In this document: positions 1 to 14,200 of the stretch, piece by piece
How positions within the stretch are numbered: the stretch's first letter is position 1
Layout of the letters: each line of letters starts with the position of its first letter
Assembly (NCBI GenBank): GCA_000146045.2
Contig: BK006938.2
Location: forward strand, 96,001-160,000
Length of the DNA: 64,000 nucleotides
DNA from: TPA_inf: Saccharomyces
Taxonomy: Eukaryota
Reading direction: 5' to 3'
The notes under the pieces: model-generated
The model's input: the letters and a program-made list of their open reading frames with translations, nothing else
The model's database searches: none
What the model was told of the DNA's origin: nothing
Translations under genes and position numbers: made by a program

Positions 1-81
1 TTTTTGAGGAGAATGTTACAATATTTTACTAATGTCCTGAATAATATTTGATTTATGGCATAATAAAGAAATGCGAATTCG

Positions 82-1953
82 TTAATTTGTCAAACTTCGA
101 AGAGCATCAACTGCCTTCCTGAATCCCATTCTTGCAGCCCTCTGATAATATTGTTTGGCCAGATCCAAATCAACTTCACAACCGACACCTTTTTCGTAAT
201 AAAATCCTAAGGCAAATTCAGTGCGGGCTAATTTACCGTCTGAACACTTGCTGCTCTTCAAGGCCCAGTTGAATGCCTCTTTATTGTTTGGTTTCAAAAT
301 ATTTGGTGCTCCCGTTAAGTACCATCCACTTAAGGATAACATTGCCATCGGATTCCCCTTCGGCTGAGCAGCAGCAGCTTTGGAATACCAATATATGGAT
401 TTTTTGGCCACCACTGGCAACCCTAGGTCTCCAAACTCATAACAATTTCCTAATTTCCATTGCGCTAAAGGGTACTCAAAATCTTTGGCACATTGTTGGT
501 AGTATTTTATTGCCAGTTGAGAGTCTTTTCGTATGCCGTTCGCAAATAATAGGTTCTGGATTTCTGGCGGCAAAACACTGAATTCATATATTTTACCTAA
601 CTCATATAATGTTTGTGGAGAGTCACCCTTTTGGGCAGCTTTATCAAACCATTTAATAGCTAGCAATACATCAGTCTTTTGCATGTTCAGACCGTATAAA
701 TGGCTCATCCCTAATTTATACATACACGCAGAATTTGAACAAACTTCTGCGCCATGCTGGTAGTATTGGAAGGCCTTTTTTATGCATTGTTCTTTGGTTG
801 GTGATGGATCCAAAGAAGAGGTGCCCCTTTGGTATTCAAAGCATACACCTGCACGGTAGCATGCATCTGAATTGTTCAATTTCGCAGCTTTACAATAATA
901 TTCCAGCGCCTTTTCATCATTTTTAATAACGATGTTTTTGTTCTTTATAGGTAAATAGGGTTGGTGTGAATACAGCGTCCCCATTAAATACATGGCAGGT
1001 GGCCATTTTAAAGTTATCAATTTTGTGAGCACCTTGAATGAATGTTCCAAAATGACTTTCTGGTTTTTGAGCATTTCCTCAGGCTTTAAGCTTCTTTTGA
1101 GCTTCTCCGCGTTTATGTTATATTGCGATATGAAATCCTCATTAAAGGCATATGTAAGTAATGTTTCACACCATTGCATTTGTATCTCGGGGGTGAATTT
1201 TGAAGAGTCAGTAATTGTCTTCTTGTACACTTGATAGAAAGCCAATGCCTCTGGTGAATAGGAAGACAGTTTGTCCTCACCACCTGAGGACCCATTATCG
1301 TCTGTCTTCGCGCTCCCAGTGGGTGGTTGGTTGATTTTTTGTGGTGGAACAGGATTATTATTCAAAGGTCGTATTGGAGCTTTTTCCTCGGTTCTGTAAA
1401 CTTTTTCCTGCAGTATCCTAGATTCAGATTCCTCATAGGGTGGTGGCGCTGAGTTGTCCCTTACAGACTCTGATATTCGATTTCCACTGCTTATTGATGC
1501 ATCTTGTACAGCTGGTGAACCCAAACTCTCTTTTGTAGAACTAAAATTGAAAGGAAGTTCATACCTACTACCAGTACTGTTGGTGCCATTATTGGCATAT
1601 CCTATTTCACCTGTTGGCTTGGAATTAAAAATGTCCATGCCGTTATTACTATTTATGGTTACTGGAGTGCCTAATTGACCACCATCAGCATTCCCGTCTG
1701 TGAAATTCAGCGCACTCAAAGGCAGCGATAATGATGAGGAAGATGAAGGGGATGTAAAAGGAATAGCTGGTGTGAGTTCAACGATAGAGTCATCCACTGG
1801 ATAGGGTGCAGGCACTATATTTTGAGCTGGCAAACCATGCCTATCCGAATTGGCATTTCCCAATTTATGCGAGGACTCCCGCGCCCTTGCTGGTGGAAAC
1901 ATGTTAATGTGTTTGTCATAGAGGTTAGGTTGCGGTTGGCCCTGATTAACCAT
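82..1953 (-). CDS. ACK1: Sel1-like repeat protein (YDL203C), regulator of cell-wall integrity signalling
   Basis: 623-aa ORF. Complement of 1951-1953 is ATG. Multiple Sel1/TPR-like repeats (e.g. YRAGVCFEYQRG, LYELGKIYEF) in the C-terminal half and an S/P/N-rich N-terminal region. Length and neighbours match YDL203C. Confidence 0.85.
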   Translation of the reverse strand: MVNQGQPQPNLYDKHINMFPPARARESSHKLGNANSDRHGLPAQNIVPAPYPVDDSIVELTPAIPFTSPSSSSSLSLPLSALNFTDGNADGGQLGTPVTINSNNGMDIFNSKPTGEIGYANNGTNSTGSRYELPFNFSSTKESLGSPAVQDASISSGNRISESVRDNSAPPPYEESESRILQEKVYRTEEKAPIRPLNNNPVPPQKINQPPTGSAKTDDNGSSGGEDKLSSYSPEALAFYQVYKKTITDSSKFTPEIQMQWCETLLTYAFNEDFISQYNINAEKLKRSLKPEEMLKNQKVILEHSFKVLTKLITLKWPPAMYLMGTLYSHQPYLPIKNKNIVIKNDEKALEYYCKAAKLNNSDACYRAGVCFEYQRGTSSLDPSPTKEQCIKKAFQYYQHGAEVCSNSACMYKLGMSHLYGLNMQKTDVLLAIKWFDKAAQKGDSPQTLYELGKIYEFSVLPPEIQNLLFANGIRKDSQLAIKYYQQCAKDFEYPLAQWKLGNCYEFGDLGLPVVAKKSIYWYSKAAAAQPKGNPMAMLSLSGWYLTGAPNILKPNNKEAFNWALKSSKCSDGKLARTEFALGFYYEKGVGCEVDLDLAKQYYQRAARMGFRKAVDALRSLTN

Positions 1954-2471
1954 TGCCTACTGTATTAAAACAAAGTATTAAAACGTGGTGGTACACTCTG
2001 TACAAAAGAATAGAAGGAAATGAAAAGAAAACGGAGTTAAAATCTACTTCATAAAAAGAGACGCTTCCAAATCCAGTCTCTACCACGTTCTTGTATATAA
2101 TTTGAGCAACTCAAATTAAATTACCGGGATATCTGCTTATTCTACAAGCCATAGCATCCAGTGCTAAGGTTCATCTCAAGCCATCTTCAATACACTTGAT
2201 AATTAGTCGTCAATTTTAAAATTAGGTTTCGTTCTTGAAGGCACTTAACCTAAGCTTTTTACTATATGACCTATTAAACAAGTCTTTTTCATAGTGTAAC
2301 CTAACGTTTATACACTAATAACCCTAGGGCTTAGTAGAGATTCATACAGAAAAAAACGTAGAGTTATAGCAGTAAACTGAGAAAAGAAAGAAGGTTAGTA
2401 CAATTGAAGAGTAAGGAAAACAAAAGCTTTAGACCTTATTGGAAGTGCTTGGGCGCGGAGTGTGATTATAA

Positions 2472-3224
<753 letters not shown>

Positions 3225-3536
3225 AAAGAAAATGCCCGTAATTCGACAAGTTTTATAAAGGTTTTACTATTCAATCATGTACATACATCATCAAAAAATA
3301 AAAAGACAATGAAGCAATAACGGTAAATATACTTTAGTCTATGTATTGACGTCAAAATTACCTTTCTTTTACCTTTCTTACCTTTTTACATATCTCAGCG
3401 ACCGTTGAAAAAAAAAAAAAATGAAAAATTTTGGTGATGACTTCAGCAAAAAATTTCAGGATATTTCTGACATTTCACTTTATTAAAGCGCCACAAAAGC
3501 TGGATTAGTATAGATTCAGCAGTTCCCATAGGATAA

Positions 3537-4421
<885 letters not shown>

Positions 4422-4500
4422 CATAGATGTATAACTAGAACAATTTACCACATATACATAACTATTTCTTATGTTTATTTTCCTAAAATCCTTTATCCAA

Positions 4501-5067
4501 CTACAATCTACTAAGGCTTAAGCTATTTTCCTTTTCATTATTTAATAACTGTTCTTTCAGTTTACAGCTCCATTTATATCCGGTTAATTTTCTATTGCTA
4601 CCAACGATTCTATGGCAAGGTACTAACAATGCCAGGTTATTTGAGCCGCAAGCTCTTCCGACAGATCTTGCGGCAGTTGGCTTCCCTATTCTCTTTGCAA
4701 TATCACCATATGTTACGACGTGGCCGTGTTCCACGTTTAAAAGCTCATTCCAAACTTTACGTTGAAAATCTGTTCCAAACAGGAACTCAAAGGGAATAGC
4801 GCCCGATGGTAATGGCATTTTGTTTTCTAAACATATTGTATAATTTTCGATTGATTTCTTATATGTTTCTGCCTCTTTTAGTTCCTGTAAATCGTACATT
4901 GTATCCTGTTTCTCATGTTTCTTCAAGAAGCCTTCCACCTTTCCCAATAAAAAAAGCTTATCATTACCTAACGAGGCAAAAACAAGGTTTTGAGTCTTTT
5001 CCCTAAACACCAAAAATGCACCAGTCACTTCAGTTTCAATGAATGTATAGTAAAGCAGTTCCTTCAT
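4501..5067 (-). CDS. MGT1: O6-methylguanine-DNA methyltransferase, YDL200C
   Basis: Active-site motif PCHRIV. The upstream in-frame ATG at 5119-5121 would give 206 aa (ORF 4501-5121). I placed the start at M19 (ATG complement at 5065-5067), giving the 188 aa I recall for Mgt1. Confidence 0.8.
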   Translation of the reverse strand: MKELLYYTFIETEVTGAFLVFREKTQNLVFASLGNDKLFLLGKVEGFLKKHEKQDTMYDLQELKEAETYKKSIENYTICLENKMPLPSGAIPFEFLFGTDFQRKVWNELLNVEHGHVVTYGDIAKRIGKPTAARSVGRACGSNNLALLVPCHRIVGSNRKLTGYKWSCKLKEQLLNNEKENSLSLSRL

Positions 5068-5289
5068 CGTTGGTCCATTTAGATCAAAAATGCGACCGTT
5101 TTCAATTTTTTTTTTGTGCATATGCTATATCATTACTTGATTAATCTTCCTTGTTTCCACCGCATTTTAAATGCCCTGCCAGGCCAATAGCGCCGTGCCT
5201 TTTTTCTAATGACTATAATAAGAATATGTATGTAGGATAAAACTAAACATTTATACTTAGGATGAAGCAAATATTTTTATGAGGCCATA

Positions 5290-7353
5290 CTAGGCAACTG
5301 CCATGTCTCCAGGCGAATTCTGGCCTCCACCTGAACTGGGTTTATTCGCAGCAATGTTGTCGCTGATATTTGGATCGGTTCTGTTATGAAAACTGAAAAA
5401 TTCTCCAGTCCTTGATGGTCCTGAATCAGATGTAATGAAATAAACATTTTGTGCAGAACCGTGTGTCTGGTTCGATAAGTTTCCGTTTTTGGGTAGAATC
5501 TGCTCATTTTGAATAGATGAATAGGCTTGATTATTTTGTTTGATACTACTTCCTAGAGTGTTTATCTGATACGCGGAAAAAGATGGTGAGGAGGAGAATT
5601 CAGAACCGGTATCGTCAAAAACATCATCATGGTTACCGCTACCGTTTCCGGTAGAATCATCATCAGAATCTAACCTTTCGTCACGGGTTTCTATAGGAAA
5701 AATCTTCAGCACAAATATAATGGAAATAAAGGAAGATAAAGATGGAATAAGATAAAACTTCCAAGACAGACGGTCAATAAGTATAGGGGTTATTAAGCTG
5801 ACGAACCACTTAAAAATCCAATAAAAGTTTGAGACTAGTAGTATCACTGGGGCCTGTGACAAGTGAGGTAGAAGCTCAATGGTCATAACCCATCCTATAG
5901 AATCCCAACTGATGAAGTGCGTAAAAAGAAAAACAGCAAATAGTATTGATATATACCTCGTTGTGCTCTTGGGAAACCAGTCTGTAAAAGATATGGTAAA
6001 TAGCAATGCACACATCACAATCGAACCTAAGAGTACATTCGTTTTCTCTTTACGTTTCCGTAACACCAAGGGAACATATGCTAATATTACGATGCTGTAA
6101 ATTAAAGCATTAAGCCCCGTTAAATAGATAGATTTTCTTTCTCCTCTCCCCATTTGTTGTAATATTAACGGTGAGTAATACAAGAAAGCATCCACTCCAT
6201 TTGTTCGTGTGAGAAGTTGGAAACCTATCAACAATTTTATTATTGAAGAAAAATCCTTTAAGATATACGCATATGGATAGGAGTTTTTTTGAAGGTGTGA
6301 CTTTAATAATATGTCTCGTTTCAGGACCCTAAATTTCAACTGAGTTTGGTTTTCTTCGAAATTTCCATCATCGAAAACATTCGATATTAAAACCAATGCC
6401 TCTACGTCGTTCTTTTGCTTCAACAGCCACGAAGGGGACTCTAAAATAAGATAGAACGACATTAGGTTTAGTATTATTCCAAGTGCCACATGTGTTGACA
6501 AAGGGTATCTCCATGCAAAGCCCAAATATCTGAAAGCACAATTAATCCATATTCCGAATGAATACGCAATGACACTAGAGACGCATTGAATGGAAATTAA
6601 TGTCCGTTTTCTTATACAGGGAAGGGGAAACTCGAATTGATAAATTATTACCATAGAAAAGGCAAAGCCCATACCTACTCCGAGTAAGAATCTACCCAGT
6701 AGTAAACACCATTGGTTTAGAGCCAAGACCTGAACAATGGCACCCAAAGAGTATATCATTGTGCTTATTTGGAGCATTTTTTTCCTGCTACAAGGCTCCA
6801 GGATGCCAGAATAGACAAATAACGACGCCATGAACGCACCCAGATTAACAATGCTCACTATATTGCCCAGCGGAGAAGTAAGTGGGTAATGAAAATACTT
6901 CTGGAACGACAAAGTCATAACGTTACCAGATATGAGGCCTTGGTCCAACCCTGACAGCGAGGAAACTAGCACCACAAAAGATATAAACGAAGTACGCAAA
7001 ACTCGACTGGAATGCCTTTTTTTCTTACTTCGTAGTTGTGAGATTTCAGCCTGTTGTAGTAATTGGCGGTATGGATCATCCATTGATAATCTAGGGGTAT
7101 GTTCAGAAAGCGGCAAAACCACAGTAGCATCGCTGTCTCTATATAGAGAACCACGACGCGAGCTATGAGCTGTGATGTTGTTCTCAAATCTGAATATGTC
7201 GGGGTTCTTGTGGGGCAGTGAAGTTAGTGCGGTATCATCCTGTTTACTGTTAAAATCCTGTGCTAGCTGATGTGCCCTATCAATATGCGCCGAACTATTA
7301 GCTTCCTGAGTAAGTGGTTTATTTGAACGTGACATGTTTAACGGAGGTTTCAT
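5290..7353 (-). CDS. Putative major-facilitator (sugar-porter-like) transporter, YDL199C
   Basis: 687-aa ORF, ATG complement at 7351-7353. Hydrophilic N-terminus followed by multiple hydrophobic transmembrane stretches and an acidic, Ser-rich C-terminus. Length and position match YDL199C. Confidence 0.8.
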   Translation of the reverse strand: MKPPLNMSRSNKPLTQEANSSAHIDRAHQLAQDFNSKQDDTALTSLPHKNPDIFRFENNITAHSSRRGSLYRDSDATVVLPLSEHTPRLSMDDPYRQLLQQAEISQLRSKKKRHSSRVLRTSFISFVVLVSSLSGLDQGLISGNVMTLSFQKYFHYPLTSPLGNIVSIVNLGAFMASLFVYSGILEPCSRKKMLQISTMIYSLGAIVQVLALNQWCLLLGRFLLGVGMGFAFSMVIIYQFEFPLPCIRKRTLISIQCVSSVIAYSFGIWINCAFRYLGFAWRYPLSTHVALGIILNLMSFYLILESPSWLLKQKNDVEALVLISNVFDDGNFEENQTQLKFRVLKRDILLKSHLQKNSYPYAYILKDFSSIIKLLIGFQLLTRTNGVDAFLYYSPLILQQMGRGERKSIYLTGLNALIYSIVILAYVPLVLRKRKEKTNVLLGSIVMCALLFTISFTDWFPKSTTRYISILFAVFLFTHFISWDSIGWVMTIELLPHLSQAPVILLVSNFYWIFKWFVSLITPILIDRLSWKFYLIPSLSSFISIIFVLKIFPIETRDERLDSDDDSTGNGSGNHDDVFDDTGSEFSSSPSFSAYQINTLGSSIKQNNQAYSSIQNEQILPKNGNLSNQTHGSAQNVYFITSDSGPSRTGEFFSFHNRTDPNISDNIAANKPSSGGGQNSPGDMAVA

Positions 7354-7648
7354 TTTCTTGAAAAAGCTGAGATAGTAACAGGTTCCTCTGTAGTATTAAA
7401 TTTAGCGCTCTTCTTTATGTTCATTCTTTTTGTCCTGAAGTGGCCCAGAAGCCCTTCAAAGCAATCCTTTATTTTTTTAGAACTACGCGGCTGACGTCCT
7501 TACCTCGGTACGGTGATACAGCTATTACATTGGAAAAAGTAGTTAGTCAAAAAACAGGAAATAATACATAAAGTACAAACTCATATTGTTATACATTTTA
7601 TATTCACAAGCTGAATGCCAAGGAAAATAGACAAGAAGTTCATGTACT

Positions 7649-8551
7649 TCATTTGCTCAACAGGTTATCGAATCTAGGTATCAAAGATTGAGCTAACGCA
7701 AATGAGAAAACCAGTTTTGGACCCGTTGTTAGTAATTTAGGTGTTAAGCCCTTGAAAAACGCAGTTACACCTTCATTTTTCAGAGTGTTTTTGACGATTC
7801 TCAACCCGCTTTCAGGATTATCAAAATTCCTATTTTGAATTCTTGTCTTGATGACATCTAATGGAGCAGAAACGATCAGAGAGGAGCAAGCACCGACGAT
7901 GGAGGAGATGAAGTTTTGGGACCAAGTAGCTTGAGAATAATCTTTCAAACCCAAGATATACTCCTTGGCGAATGCATTACCACCAAAAAGGGCGAATGAA
8001 CCGGGAGCATTTCTGGCAGCCGTCCACCCCCAACCCCTATATAAGTTGAACAGGCCTTCGTCTCTCAAAATCTTGATGAAACCTCTACCTTTAAACGATT
8101 CGGGATTGGTCTGTCTCTTAATCTTCAACACGTCCAGCGGCAAAAGAACAATTTCACCAATACCAATCAAAGATCCAGCAGCGGCGGATCTCATTGCCTT
8201 ACCAGTCTTTTCACCGAAAAGATTATCAAAATCCTTTTTGTAGTGCTTATTCAAAAACTCGTTAGCAAAAGGCTGACCACCATATTTATACACTCTTTGA
8301 AGAACTTTGTATGATGCAGCGTAACCGAGACCCGGGAACAAGGTAAACAAACGTTTGCCCAAAGGTTCGCTGAAATGATCACGAAAAATAACACGATTCA
8401 ATTCCTGGCCAGAGGTTATTTTGGTGTGGTTGGACATCAGTCTTTTGGAAATGGTGTCCACAGGATGGAAGACGGCAATTTCCATTATGCCTGCAGAGGC
8501 GGACCCCAAAAGACGAGCTAATCCTGATTGTTTCTTATCGGTATGAGGCAT
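7649..8551 (-). CDS. GGC1: Mitochondrial GTP/GDP carrier (mitochondrial carrier family), YDL198C
   Basis: 300 aa, ATG complement at 8549-8551. Carries the tripartite mitochondrial-carrier signature, including PLDVIKTR. Confidence 0.9.
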   Translation of the reverse strand: MPHTDKKQSGLARLLGSASAGIMEIAVFHPVDTISKRLMSNHTKITSGQELNRVIFRDHFSEPLGKRLFTLFPGLGYAASYKVLQRVYKYGGQPFANEFLNKHYKKDFDNLFGEKTGKAMRSAAAGSLIGIGEIVLLPLDVLKIKRQTNPESFKGRGFIKILRDEGLFNLYRGWGWTAARNAPGSFALFGGNAFAKEYILGLKDYSQATWSQNFISSIVGACSSLIVSAPLDVIKTRIQNRNFDNPESGLRIVKNTLKNEGVTAFFKGLTPKLLTTGPKLVFSFALAQSLIPRFDNLLSK

Positions 8552-8916
8552 ATTTCCCTTTTCTAATACTTTGGAAGATGCTTTGTTTGATATATGTCTA
8601 AAGGCTAAATATTAACCATCAAAAGAGATACACGATTTATATAGTCACCTCTATATATCTATGTCGTCGCTTTGTAGAAAATGTGACAGCAAATGCACAG
8701 TGACTCACGAGTTTTTGTTTTCTCGAGCTTTATCAAGAATTGCGATCGTTCTTTAATTTTCATTTTCTTTTTTTTTCGGGCAGTGGCGGCGGTGCTACAT
8801 GCCATTGGTCTACAAGGAAACTGTGGCAGCGAAGATTAACGGTGGTATGTTTGCGATAGAGCTTCCTTTGCAGATAGGCGGATGCCGTAGTGATCTCTAC
8901 CGCTTCGTATTTATAT

Positions 8917-10494
8917 TTATTTATGTAGTCCTGAACAATGCTTTGAATCCGCCAAGCTTTGTGCCACAGGAGGAGTTGATGTGTCTAGTGTGACTGGTTC
9001 ATTTGCCACCAATTTTGGCCGATCGTCTTTCTTTGCAGTCTCTTGAGATTTGTCTTTTGAAGGAAGTTGAGGACTGTCCGTGGGCACCCTTGGCAGAGTT
9101 TTCAGAGTCAAAGACTTCAGGTTGGCTATATGTGGTGGTTGTAGTCTTGATAAGTAGGATTTCCTTGATGAGTAATCAAGGTTTAGTGTTGTGCTCTTTT
9201 CGGAATATGACTGCCCGTCTGGAGCCGCTAATAGAAGCCGTTGAGGGGTGTTGTCAATTTCTTGATGGTTCGAATGCTGGGATAAGAGTAGAAGAGGCGC
9301 ATATGTACTTGCCACAGCGGGGGCGAGTGGACACGATTTTTCGCTACCAAGTTTTTGGAATATGCCCAAATGGTGTTTGCGCTGGGCTGGTGGTAGCCGT
9401 TGAATTAATGATTGCACGTAACTCTGCAGTAGCTTGATGGTATTATTTTTTCTTTCTAAATGCAAGTGGGTAGTTCGGCTCCTCTCATCGGCCATTTTCT
9501 TATGCAACCTTAGATCTTGCAATTCCTGTTCCTGGATAGCGAACAAATCCTCTGGATTGTTTTCCTCAAAGGGGTCCACCAAAGTCACATTGGTGGGGAT
9601 TTGTACTTGATTTTGTGTTTCTGTTTCTATTTGCCCCTTTGTTTCTGATTGTTGCGATAGTTCTGCTTGTAATGCTTCGATAGTCTCCCTCTGGTTAGCG
9701 ATGCTTTTCTTGTAGGATAACATCGTGAGATTGGCTTTGTCGACCAGCTCAGGAATACATTTAAGATAGTCATCCTTTGCTTTAGCCTGCTTCTTCAAGT
9801 GCTCCAGTGATTTGGTTGCTTGTAGCAGTTGCATTTTCAAGTTATTCACTTTGATTTCGGAATTTTTTCTCACGTTATTCAGTTCTCGCCTCACTTTGGC
9901 CAGCTCTTTTGAGCTTTCTGCATCAAACACCTTGCTGTCTAAACTTAGTTCTAGTCCTTCGTAGTATTTTTCATGGAACGTGTGAATCTCATCTAACTTG
10001 GTGTTCACCGTGTTCTGGACGTTTTTGTAGTCCTGTAACTTGGCGCAGATTTCCTTCTTGAGATTAACAAGCAAAGTGTATTCATCGTAGTTGCGTTCTT
10101 CTTTGCTAGAGGGAAGTCGAACAAGTTCGATTCTCTTTTCAGCAGAGCTCTTGTGCGTTTCCTTTAACGCGTTGTTCTCATCCAGGATACTTTTCATTTT
10201 TCCATGTAAACTAGCCATCTTAATTTCATAGCCTATGATCTCGCCGGACAATAACTTGGCGCTAGACACTAAAGCGGCTTCATTTTCTCGGTAATGATTC
10301 ACTAAAGATTGAAGCTCCTTGACTTTGCTTTTCATCTGCCTTAAAGATGACTTCTTTTGTACTCTTGAGCTGCTGAGGCCCTTCGTCACAGCCGCATATT
10401 CCTTGTCCGAGTTGAAAGATGAGCTCGACTCCTGATCACTACCATCTATCACACTGCGAGTGATGGCATCCAAGACACCACGATTTTTTGGCAT
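8917..10494 (-). CDS. ASF2: Anti-silencing function protein 2, coiled-coil protein, YDL197C
   Basis: The track ORF of 527 aa begins with GTG (complement of 10498-10500 is CAC). The first ATG is two codons in (complement of 10492-10494), giving 525 aa. Long coiled-coil-type heptad content. Confidence 0.8.
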   Translation of the reverse strand: MPKNRGVLDAITRSVIDGSDQESSSSFNSDKEYAAVTKGLSSSRVQKKSSLRQMKSKVKELQSLVNHYRENEAALVSSAKLLSGEIIGYEIKMASLHGKMKSILDENNALKETHKSSAEKRIELVRLPSSKEERNYDEYTLLVNLKKEICAKLQDYKNVQNTVNTKLDEIHTFHEKYYEGLELSLDSKVFDAESSKELAKVRRELNNVRKNSEIKVNNLKMQLLQATKSLEHLKKQAKAKDDYLKCIPELVDKANLTMLSYKKSIANQRETIEALQAELSQQSETKGQIETETQNQVQIPTNVTLVDPFEENNPEDLFAIQEQELQDLRLHKKMADERSRTTHLHLERKNNTIKLLQSYVQSLIQRLPPAQRKHHLGIFQKLGSEKSCPLAPAVASTYAPLLLLSQHSNHQEIDNTPQRLLLAAPDGQSYSEKSTTLNLDYSSRKSYLSRLQPPHIANLKSLTLKTLPRVPTDSPQLPSKDKSQETAKKDDRPKLVANEPVTLDTSTPPVAQSLADSKHCSGLHK

Positions 10495-11207
10495 AAGCAC
10501 TCAGTCTTGGCCTTTTTCCCTCCTTTCTCCACTGATCGAAGCTGTGTGCAAAAATCGTCCCCGGTGTTTATTTATTTGTCCTATGGATAGATATGTTACT
10601 CACGCGTCGCGTCGCTCCTAAAGACATGAAAAGCGCTTTTACATCTTTGCTAATACTAGCATCGCAGAAGATCTTCTCCATTGCTATGCAACATACCTGC
10701 CTTGGTAGTTGGTTTCATAATTTACAATATACAAAGTTATATGCCCTCCGAGTCAAGGAAAAGATTGTCTTCCAAAAAAGGTGCAACTGTGCGTTTAGAA
10801 TTGGTGGAGAATTATGTGATATGCTTCTTCACCGTCCTCTGCTTCTGCCTAATACCACACTCATCAATTGACTGGAGATCTGGCCTATCTTGCTACTACT
10901 TCATAGATTTTTTTTTTTTTCATCTATCCCCTTCCATCCCCTTCTGGTTCTACCCCTTCAGCGTGAAAAATCACCATACACGATCAATCCGCCCGAGAAC
11001 GAAAAGTGAAAAGAACAAACAAGTCGTGTCAGATCCATTCCTCTATTCCTGTAGTCGGGTTGCATTCTGAATTTACACGTCACGAACCAGCACTATTTCG
11101 CTACTGTAGGTGTAGAACATTAGGACAAGGCAAGCTTCTGCGATAGACACTTTACTCACACATATTTCCCTTTGTTCCCGTTTGCTCTCCCTAATTGAAC
11201 AATAAAG

Positions 11208-14200
11208 ATGGTCAAACTTGCTGAGTTTTCTCGAACAGCCACGTTTGCGTGGTCACATGATAAAATTCCATTATTGGTCTCTGGTACCGTATCTGGTACG
11301 GTGGATGCTAATTTCTCCACTGATTCATCTCTAGAATTGTGGTCATTGTTGGCTGCTGATTCGGAGAAGCCTATTGCTTCCTTGCAAGTGGATTCCAAAT
11401 TCAATGATTTGGATTGGTCTCATAATAACAAGATTATTGCTGGTGCTCTGGATAACGGTAGTTTGGAATTGTACTCCACCAATGAAGCAAACAACGCTAT
11501 CAACTCCATGGCCAGATTTAGCAACCATTCTTCCTCTGTGAAGACGGTAAAGTTTAACGCAAAGCAAGACAACGTTCTTGCTTCGGGTGGTAACAACGGT
11601 GAAATTTTTATTTGGGACATGAATAAATGCACTGAATCGCCCTCCAATTATACTCCATTGACACCGGGTCAATCGATGTCGTCCGTTGACGAGGTCATTT
11701 CCCTAGCATGGAACCAATCTTTGGCCCATGTTTTTGCATCTGCCGGGTCGTCTAATTTCGCATCTATTTGGGATTTGAAGGCTAAGAAGGAAGTCATTCA
11801 TCTAAGTTACACTTCACCTAATTCAGGTATCAAGCAACAGCTGTCCGTTGTTGAATGGCACCCAAAAAACTCCACAAGAGTGGCAACGGCTACTGGTAGC
11901 GATAATGATCCATCTATCCTGATCTGGGATTTAAGAAACGCCAACACACCATTGCAGACTTTAAATCAAGGCCATCAAAAGGGTATTTTGTCATTAGATT
12001 GGTGTCATCAGGACGAACATCTATTATTGTCCAGTGGTAGAGATAATACCGTTCTTCTATGGAACCCTGAGTCAGCCGAACAACTGTCCCAATTCCCAGC
12101 TCGTGGAAACTGGTGTTTTAAGACCAAATTTGCACCAGAGGCTCCAGACCTATTTGCTTGTGCCTCCTTTGATAACAAAATTGAGGTACAGACTTTGCAA
12201 AATCTCACAAACACTTTGGATGAGCAAGAAACCGAAACTAAGCAGCAAGAATCTGAAACAGATTTTTGGAATAATGTTTCCCGAGAGGAATCAAAAGAGA
12301 AGCCAACTGTTTTCCATTTACAAGCCCCAACTTGGTATGGGGAACCATCTCCCGCAGCTCATTGGGCTTTCGGTGGTAAATTGGTTCAAATTACTCCAGA
12401 TGGTAAAGGTGTATCTATAACAAACCCAAAAATTTCAGGCTTAGAATCAAACACTACTTTGAGTGAAGCGTTGAAAACTAAGGATTTCAAACCATTAATA
12501 AATCAAAGACTGGTCAAAGTTATTGATGACGTTAATGAAGAAGATTGGAATTTATTGGAAAAGTTATCAATGGACGGTACTGAGGAGTTCTTGAAAGAGG
12601 CTCTTGCATTCGACAACGATGAATCAGATGCACAAGACGATGCCAACAATGAGAAAGAAGACGATGGGGAAGAATTCTTTCAACAAATTGAAACCAATTT
12701 CCAACCCGAGGGCGATTTCTCCTTGTCTGGTAATATCGAACAAACTATTTCCAAGAACTTGGTTTCTGGCAACATTAAGAGCGCTGTGAAAAATTCTCTA
12801 GAGAATGACTTACTAATGGAGGCCATGGTGATCGCATTAGATTCAAATAACGAAAGATTAAAGGAAAGTGTCAAGAATGCCTATTTTGCGAAGTATGGAT
12901 CTAAATCATCGCTCTCGAGGATACTATACTCCATTTCTAAGAGGGAAGTAGATGATTTGGTTGAAAATTTGGATGTCTCTCAGTGGAAGTTTATCTCTAA
13001 AGCAATTCAAAACTTATATCCAAATGATATCGCCCAGAGGAATGAAATGTTGATTAAATTGGGAGACAGGTTAAAGGAAAATGGTCATAGACAAGATTCT
13101 TTGACTTTGTACTTGGCTGCCGGATCATTAGATAAGGTGGCTTCAATTTGGTTATCAGAATTTCCAGATTTGGAGGATAAATTGAAGAAAGATAATAAGA
13201 CAATTTATGAAGCTCATTCCGAATGTCTAACTGAGTTCATTGAAAGATTCACCGTATTTTCCAACTTCATTAATGGAAGCTCTACCATTAATAATGAGCA
13301 ATTAATTGCCAAATTTTTGGAATTTATCAACTTAACTACTTCCACAGGAAATTTCGAACTAGCCACTGAATTCTTAAATAGTTTACCAAGTGACAATGAA
13401 GAGGTTAAAACAGAAAAGGCACGTGTCTTGATTGCTTCCGGCAAATCATTACCGGCACAAAATCCTGCGACAGCGACGACCAGCAAAGCCAAGTATACAA
13501 ACGCCAAGACAAATAAGAACGTTCCTGTACTACCAACTCCTGGAATGCCTTCTACTACTTCTATTCCTAGTATGCAGGCACCATTTTATGGTATGACACC
13601 AGGCGCCTCTGCAAATGCTCTACCTCCAAAGCCGTACGTTCCAGCAACCACCACTAGTGCTCCTGTTCATACAGAAGGTAAATATGCGCCACCAAGCCAA
13701 CCTTCGATGGCGTCACCTTTTGTTAACAAAACAAATAGCTCGACCAGATTGAATTCTTTTGCTCCTCCGCCTAACCCATATGCCACTGCAACAGTTCCTG
13801 CAACGAACGTATCTACAACGTCGATTCCGCAAAACACTTTTGCTCCTATACAACCTGGTATGCCTATTATGGGCGACTATAATGCTCAATCTAGCTCTAT
13901 TCCTTCACAACCTCCAATTAATGCTGTATCGGGTCAAACGCCACATCTCAACCGTAAAGCCAATGATGGTTGGAATGATTTGCCTTTGAAGGTCAAAGAA
14001 AAACCATCTCGTGCCAAGGCTGTATCTGTTGCCCCTCCAAATATCCTATCGACACCAACTCCATTAAATGGTATCCCTGCAAATGCTGCTAGTACCATGC
14101 CTCCGCCACCTCTTTCCAGAGCTCCCTCTTCTGTGTCAATGGTATCACCACCTCCTCTACACAAAAATTCTAGAGTCCCATCCTTGGTTGCAACTTCTGA

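Noticed and set aside
10681-11070. 129-aa + strand ORF between ASF2 and SEC31 (corresponds to the 'dubious' YDL196W)
   Set aside because: No recognisable domain and low-complexity hydrophobic content. It lies in the SEC31 promoter and is probably a chance ORF.
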